Shown: positions 46,153 through 52,564 of the stretch, one piece after another | How the letters are laid out: each line of letters begins with the position of its first letter | Numbering within the stretch: position 1 is the first letter of the stretch | NCBI GenBank assembly: GCA_030167865.1 | Contig: JALAGF010002570.1 | Coordinates: forward strand, 1-52,564 | Direction: 5' to 3' | DNA length: 52,564 nt | From: Craspedostauros australis | Taxonomy: Eukaryota | Program-made: the position numbers and the translations under genes | Notes under the pieces: generated by a model | What the model saw: only the letters and a program-made list of their open reading frames with translations | Database searches by the model: none | What the model was told of the DNA's origin: nothing

Positions 46153-48224
46153 ATGGACGAGACCGCAAACGACAGGAATGGACAACCGAACAACCAAGGG
46201 GATGACTTCAACGAGTTTCCGAGGCAGCAGCAGTTCACACGAACAAAAGCAAGCGAGAATGAGTATGGCAGTGCCACAGCCTTGCGAATCCTGTGCCTAC
46301 ACGATCATGGATCGAATGCAAAACATCTGAGCGATCGATTGGAGGCGCTTGGAGAGCGGTTGTACGAGAAACACGGGATCGATTTGGTGTACATCAACAG
46401 TCCCTTGCTTGCCACTGCGTCGTCATCGACTTCGGGACGTTTTGAATGCGACCACGAGGATGATGATCCCGCCAGTCCTGGATTTGTGGAGGGCGGTGGG
46501 CCCAGACGGGTCTGGTGGAATCTGGCGGACAACGATGAGAATGCCTCGCCGAGCCATGCGCAGCAACAACCGCAACAAACACCCACCAACAATCTGGGCG
46601 TCGACATCAGCATCGATGACAGCGACGATGAAGATGATGATAGTGGCGCCGATCCTCTCTCATCGATGTCACCGCCGACAGTACCATCGACAACAACCTC
46701 AGAAACAGCGACGTCTGCATCATCGGCAAATGTAGGTGACAGAGCGACACAACATAGTGGGTCCGCATCGGGGTCAGCACAGCCACCGGCACCAGCCACG
46801 CGGAAGTTCATCGGACTGGATGCTTCGATCATGTTGCTGCGTCAAGTGTGGACATCGACGATGCCATTCTGGGGCATCTTGGCATTTGGAAAAGCGGCAG
46901 GCGTTGCATCTTTCCTACCATTGCTGCCCGTGGAGCCAACTCCGTCGTTCATGATCTTCGTCCAAGGAGAATCGATACTGCAGGATGATGAGGTGTTGAT
47001 CGATTCGATTCCGTGTTTTCACATCGTCGGTGAGTGAGCAACGTACGGTGGGCTGTGACAAGGTATTGCTACTGTCGTCACTACCATATCATGCCATATT
47101 CAGTCGTACTCGTACATGTGAAGCATGGCGTGGTGTGGATTGTCACTGTGTTCGGACTTGACTGTGTCATGCTTTCTGTTTCAGGAGTGGGTGTTGGTCG
47201 GGAGAGCGATGTCCTGCATGCCGCTAACATATCTTTTGGCATCTGGTGCATCCGCGTTCGCACTTGTGCGCTCCTACGGTTCGCAAATTCTCGATGCGAG
47301 CGTGAAATGTTGCTCACACACTTCATTTCGCGCATGGCACAACCGAACACTCGTATAATACATTCCAACTCTTCAGATGAAAGCAACCACGATAGGTCAG
47401 AACTGTTGGTTAGACAGTTCGGAGGCACAGTGAAGGCATCGAACAGCCGCTTCGGTGTCAAGACAGTGAATGCGATTGGGAAGGTGAGTTGATGGAAGGG
47501 ATCTATGGGCCTGCGTGTAATAAAGACTCCGTAGTCCTGCGTGTCTGAAGCCTTGTGAAGAGCCATGACAGGACTATGATGTGAAGCGACCTGGTGCACT
47601 ACGACTATCTTCAAGGTCCGCACTACATGACCTGTACCTTTGCTTTCGCTTGTGAACGAAACATCTCTTGGTGGCGTCGTACTCAACCACAATGATATGC
47701 TCTGCTCTGCTCAATTCCGATGCTCTTTCATTGTCTTGGATCGATGGTACGCTCCTGTTGCCGCTACTCCATTCTATTCCATTGCCACCACCGCCGCCAC
47801 CAACATCGCCATCAACTCCCATCCTCAGTTCCTTGTCGACCAAAAGAAGGAACTGCACAAGGATGGCGAGACTGGCAACATCCTGGCGCTGCAAAACCAG
47901 ATCTACTTGGTGGAACAGGAGGCCGCCATGGTCGTTGCGAAGGCCATCGCCAAGAACCCACCGAAGCCTCTCATGGCAGTCATCCAGCCTCAGAACATTG
48001 CTGGTCCGAACATCGACTCCAGGATGAGACCTGGAGAACGCGGTGGCGGCGCACCATGCCCGGCCGAATTCTTGATGAAGCGCGAAAAGCGTGGAGAACG
48101 CGCCGGTGCTGGCCCCAGCCGGCATCACCCATCGGCTGCTCCTGCTGCGAAGACAGCAGAGTCTGCAGCAGATAATGCGAACCCGGCCACACCAGACGAG
48201 GAGGAGAGTAACAAGACCACATGA
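46153..48224 (+). CDS. FSH1/OVCA2-like serine hydrolase fold protein, apparently lacking the nucleophile, three exons, about 459 aa
   Basis: Exons 46153-47029, 47377-47483 and 47829-48224 are in phase. LRILCLHDHGSNA, LVYINSP, RVWW, GLDAS...WGILAFGKAA, PCFHIV. Confidence 0.75.
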
Positions 48225-48353
48225 CAGTCGGGTAGATTGGCTTTGATTAATCCATCGTAGCCGAGTTTTCGAACGCTCGTGGCGTCTTGTTGTTGGCGTA
48301 CTCAGTGCGAGCTTGCTCTCTCCTTTGTTGCCTTTGTCTGCAGCGCGTTGCCT

Positions 48354-49454
48354 TCATTTTATCAGTATCGCGTTGGGGTTCTCTTGAATCAGAGCGAAGA
48401 TGGTGACGACGTCGCAGTTCTGCGCTGCGATGAACACCGGCGACCTCATGTCACACGCTCCGCCACATTCCGTGACCGCTCTTCGATCGCATTCGTACAG
48501 CGCCCGTATGCATTGTGACCAGCTATACCCACTGCGCAGTGCTGCATGTAAAGGCAGCACACCATCCTTGTCCTTGCAATTGGCGGCAGCAGGGAAGGCA
48601 GCCAACAAGACTTGGATGGACTTGGCACAGTTCTTCTGCCTCACTGCATAGTGCAACGGCAACATTCGATGCTGATCCAGCACGCCCGCTGCGCTTGAGC
48701 CGTATTTGGCAACCACGGCATTGCGCAGGTTGGTGGAGATGTCGTGCAAAGCGAACGCAGCGTGCACGGCAGTCAGCATTTGTGGCGACCGGTCCAACAT
48801 CGTCCCATGATGTCGGCACTTGAGCAGATAGCAAACCTTTGTCCATTGACTTCCCGTCGGTATCCTCGTCGCTGTGAGACTGTCAAGAGCCGTCAATGGC
48901 TTCGCGCTCACCTTGAATCCGTGCCTTGGAAGTTCTGTCGGTTGTGTCGTCAGAGATGGATCGCAACACAGCAACGTTTTCAGAACCTCCGCAGATACGT
49001 CCTCTCGGCAGCTCCAATGAATGGGGCAGAATCCGGCGTAGTCCGCGGCACGAATAGCTGCGGCGGGGTCCATGGACGTCGCGACGAGATACCGGATGAC
49101 CTCCGGGGGTGAGTTCTGACCGCAGGCGATCATGAGAGGGAGCAGGCCTGCTGTTCGCGATCGGGTGTTGATCGCGCTGCTGTTCATCGTGTGCGCCTTG
49201 TGCACAACTCTCAGCGGCGGTTGCAAGGCGCTGATGATGTGAAGCAGCGTCATACCATCGTCTCCTTTGCATCTTGCGAGTTGTGGATAATCGTCCAGCG
49301 CTGCCATCACACCATCCCAATCCACCGCTTCGACTCGATCATCGCCAGCAATCCGGAGTCTCCATTTGTCAAAGAGCTCGTCGAACAGCTCCTGGTGATC
49401 GCGATTTATCCTTGCTCGTTTCTTCATGCTGTTTTCAAAAATGGATCGGATCAT
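48354..49454 (-). CDS. Ankyrin-repeat-like protein
   Basis: Repeats GMTLLHII, GLLPLMIAC, GFCPIHWSC, MLPLHYAV, GVLPLHAAL, SPVFIAA. The true start is uncertain. Confidence 0.8.
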   Translation of the reverse strand: MIRSIFENSMKKRARINRDHQELFDELFDKWRLRIAGDDRVEAVDWDGVMAALDDYPQLARCKGDDGMTLLHIISALQPPLRVVHKAHTMNSSAINTRSRTAGLLPLMIACGQNSPPEVIRYLVATSMDPAAAIRAADYAGFCPIHWSCREDVSAEVLKTLLCCDPSLTTQPTELPRHGFKVSAKPLTALDSLTATRIPTGSQWTKVCYLLKCRHHGTMLDRSPQMLTAVHAAFALHDISTNLRNAVVAKYGSSAAGVLDQHRMLPLHYAVRQKNCAKSIQVLLAAFPAAANCKDKDGVLPLHAALRSGYSWSQCIRALYECDRRAVTECGGACDMRSPVFIAAQNCDVVTIFALIQENPNAILIK

Positions 49455-50128
49455 CCTTTCTTGTTGGAGGTGTGATTGGTGACAAGTGGATCCTGCGGCT
49501 TCTTCTCTGAGAAGGAATGCGACGTCGAGGCAACAACTTGGACATGGGCATCAGCATCCGGTGCCATGGTTGATAGAAAAGGAGTACCGATGGAACAGGA
49601 ACGCAGAATCGCGAAACGAGTGTCGTTTGTGGATGGACATTTTTTGGCGGGAAAAATCCGCTTCAAGTACAGATATAGCCTTTCAAATACAAACTGATTC
49701 ATTCGAGCCAATTCCCACGTCTCGCTTTCGTCACGCTTTTGTGAACACAAGAAAGCCATGTTTCCACGACTGCGACCTCTTTTGCGCGCGTACAATCAGA
49801 CCACACACGCACGGTCTCGATTCTGCAGCGAACAACAATGACAGCCACGATCGCGGCGACGACTGTGACTGCAACGACGATGGCTCAAAGAACGAAACAC
49901 CGCAAGAGGCAAGCACTTCGAGAGGACCTCGGCAAACGACGGAGATGACAACGATCAAGGCGGCACAATACTCGTACCGATGGACGGGCCTCCTAGCTCG
50001 TCCGTGCTATGCCATCGCCTCTCCAATTCAGTCGCAGAAGCTTCGCAAATCCCGATGAGCACGAGCAGAGCCGCAGTTGCAGCTGAATGAAAGTACCTTG
50101 AGTCTTTTTGCGACAGGCAGGACAGCGA

Positions 50129-51296
50129 ATGCCTCCTTCTCCGTTTCGACTGCAACACTTTCTCTACCGTACTCGTAGTTCCTCTACCAAGATGGCGAGG
50201 GCCTCCACGTTGGTGCGATGATACGAGCTACTTGTCAAAGCTGAAGGCACATCCCATGGCCATCAACATGGGCTCTGCATTCCTGACGATGACATTTGGA
50301 GACATTCTTGCCCAACATCTGGAAGCCCATGCTCAGTCTGAGCATTCACTTCTCTCCTCATCGTCATCTTCATCATAATACTCATCGACAACAGAAGCAA
50401 CAGCAACGGCTGCAGTAGTGGCAGCAGCGTCATTTCCGTCTTTGCGATCGGAGGGAACATCCACAGCGGCCAGATCTTTGGACGCCAGAATTGGCCAATA
50501 TCCACCAGCCGATTCTACCGCCGTCGCTTCTGTCACCTCTGTCGTTGACGAACAACAAAAGCAGCCACAGCGGCAACATTTTGCGCTCACAACCAACCAG
50601 TGTCTCTGAATCACCGAATGTAGATGTTACCGCCATAGGAACGGTAGACGAAACGGATCAACGCGGGTGGTCCTCTTTGGCGTTATCCATGATCTCATCA
50701 TTCCACGCAACACTGCAGGCAGCCATGGCGAAGGCGTCAACGACAGAACAGAAGGAAATGGAGCAATAGGATTCGTTCCGAACAGTCACAATGGTGACCT
50801 GGAGCGCTGGCGTCTACATTCCTTTGTTCATGGTCATCTTTCGGATGTACGACAGGTGCTTGCCAAAGCAAACGCCAGCTGGTGTCTTCGCACACGGTTG
50901 TCTCAACGTGATGCTTTCCTTTCCGGTTGACGCCACATTTTACACGTAGTGAACATCGGTCCATCACTTCGCTGAATAGAGTCGCAACGAGCACCCAAGG
51001 AGGGGGCCGGCATAGTATCCATCGTCAACTATCCGCTGGATCTGGAGTCGCTACAAGCCAAGTGTCGGCGGAAGATTGATGCAGAATTGGTAAACACCAC
51101 CATGGCATCGGCTCAGTATTGGATTCCGGTGAACGTGTTGACCATTGCAGTTATCCCATCTTATCTGCGGCGGGTGTCAGGTGTGTCTTTCGCGCTCGTT
51201 TGAAGCTGCTACCCCAGCCTGTCGCACCAAAGGAACGTACCGACGATCAATCATCAGCAACCGGCGAGTGTTGCCATTGGAGAATTGTCAGCATGA
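50129..51296 (+). pseudogene. Mpv17/PMP22-family pseudogene with multiple stops and frameshifts
   Basis: Manual translation gives YLSKLKAHPMAINMGSAFLTMTFGDILAQHLE (from 50229), *DSFRTVTMVTW...P (50767 on), and QYWIPVNVLTIAVIPSYLR...V*SCYPSL (51120 region). Stops at 50218, 50376, 50767, 50947, 50950, 50977 and 51201, with at least 3 frame changes. Confidence 0.85.
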
Positions 51297-51640
51297 AGAT
51301 CGAAGAGAATGGTGGCAGTACATCGCGAACTCTCTGGAGAAACGCGATAGGAAAGGCGAGATCGCAATACTTGTGGAGGAGATTGTTTGTTGTCGCAATT
51401 CTAATATAGAGGCGTATTGTACTACGTATGCCAAAGGAGAACGATATCGCAATCTACTCTACCTTGGAAATCAACATGCCGATGCCGGAACCATACCGTC
51501 TGCACAACACACCGTGCGGTAGTCCAAAGCCAAGTATTCACAGCCGTTCTGCCCCGGAGTCGCATAACACACTTGCAAACATATATGGTAAAGTTGTTGG
51601 ACTCATTCTCTTACAGTCCATCGTGAATGACGCATTCGCC

Positions 51641-51663
51641 TCTCTCTCTCTCTCTCTCTCTCT
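51641..51663. repeat. (TC)n microsatellite abutting the b5-reductase stop codon
   Basis: tctctc... run at 51641-51663. Confidence 0.8.
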
Positions 51664-52564
51664 AGTACTTGAACACTTCAGATGCCTGAAACCCTGCCTC
51701 CTTCAGAATGCCAAGCAACGGTCCTTGAATCTTTGGACCCTTCTTTGCACCGGGTGGTGGATCGGCTCGCATGACCGGACCGCCCCACGTGGAGACGAAT
51801 CCATCCTTGCCACAGACAAACACCATCGTCGTACCGTCACCGTTCCCTGGTTTTGGCAGTGCCATCTTCGCCATCTCCACATCGCCGCGGCCCTTCGCCA
51901 TTTGGATTGGCGAATCAGACTGGCTGCTATTATCATCGAGAGCCGCCATATCGTCGGGCTTTTCGCCAGTGAGCGAGTACGTGACGCTGACACGATCCGG
52001 ATACTTGCGTGCCAATTCATCCAGCTCTGGTTTCATGAGGATGTCCTCCGCATGACGGTTGATGCTGAGCACGGAGATCTTGGTGGGCGACTGTCCCTCC
52101 TTGGTCTCCTCCTCGAGCAGGATCACCAACAGCTGATACAACGGCGCAATGCCCGTACCGCCGCCGACCAACCCCACGTGCTTCCAACGTCCTTCCACCA
52201 CTGGCGAACCATGCACCTGCCTTGGCTTCTTGACAATGGCCATGATGGAATGTCCCACCTCGAGGTTGCACAGGTAGTCACCCACTCCGCCTCCAGGACG
52301 TGGCGTGTACGCCTTGACCAGCAGATCGAAGGTGTTGGCTTGGGAAGGATGCGAAACGGGAGAATAGGACTTCCTCAAGATCCTTTCGTCTGGTTCAGCT
52401 GGATTGTTGTATTCGACACCCATGCAGGTGGGTAATTCGGCATCGTATCCCAAGTACTCTCTGCCATTCGGCAGCGCGAATTCCAGCACGCAGGAATCGG
52501 GGCTGATCTGCTTCTTGCCAACAACGGAGTATGGCTGAAATTGATTGGGTGGCGAGTTGCATGT
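51662..52564 (-). CDS. NADH-cytochrome b5 reductase family flavoprotein (5' end lies outside the window)
   Basis: The frame is open to the window edge. RKSYSPVS, LLVKAY, VGGGTGIAPLYQ, VFVCG, and C-terminal GPLLGILKEAGF..EVFKY. Confidence 0.92.
   Translation of the reverse strand, partial: TCNSPPNQFQPYSVVGKKQISPDSCVLEFALPNGREYLGYDAELPTCMGVEYNNPAEPDERILRKSYSPVSHPSQANTFDLLVKAYTPRPGGGVGDYLCNLEVGHSIMAIVKKPRQVHGSPVVEGRWKHVGLVGGGTGIAPLYQLLVILLEEETKEGQSPTKISVLSINRHAEDILMKPELDELARKYPDRVSVTYSLTGEKPDDMAALDDNSSQSDSPIQMAKGRGDVEMAKMALPKPGNGDGTTMVFVCGKDGFVSTWGGPVMRADPPPGAKKGPKIQGPLLGILKEAGFQASEVFKY

Noticed and set aside
51428-52435. 335-aa + strand ORF
   Set aside because: Mostly antisense to the cytochrome b5 reductase and crosses a TC microsatellite. 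No motifs.

Overview
This is eukaryotic nuclear DNA, most likely from a diatom. The evidence is GT-AG introns, signal-peptide+F/W bipartite plastid-targeting leaders and DUF6824-type proteins. I can support about 19 protein-coding genes, 7 of them spliced. In order: FN3-FN3-nucleoredoxin fusion, RlmD-like m5U RNA methyltransferase, 2OG-Fe(II)/Sel1 protein, small twin-CX9C protein, RNase II/R, acyl-protein thioesterase, NIPA-like Mg transporter, Hikeshi/Opi10 next to cytosolic HSP70, TMEM181/Wntless-like + class-3 lipase fusion, RAE1, CHASE-type hybrid histidine kinase, LSMT SET-domain protein, two convergent DUF6824 paralogs, an FSH1-like hydrolase lacking its catalytic Ser, an ankyrin-like protein, and a 5'-truncated cytochrome-b5 reductase. 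A heavily disrupted Mpv17/PMP22 pseudogene is also present and is not represented in the ORF track. I saw no rRNA, tRNA, CRISPR array or recognisable transposase. The most interesting items are the Hikeshi-HSP70 pair, the Wntless-like/lipase fusion, the hidden pseudogene and two recurrent non-coding motifs. All family calls are by-eye motif recognition, not database searches.
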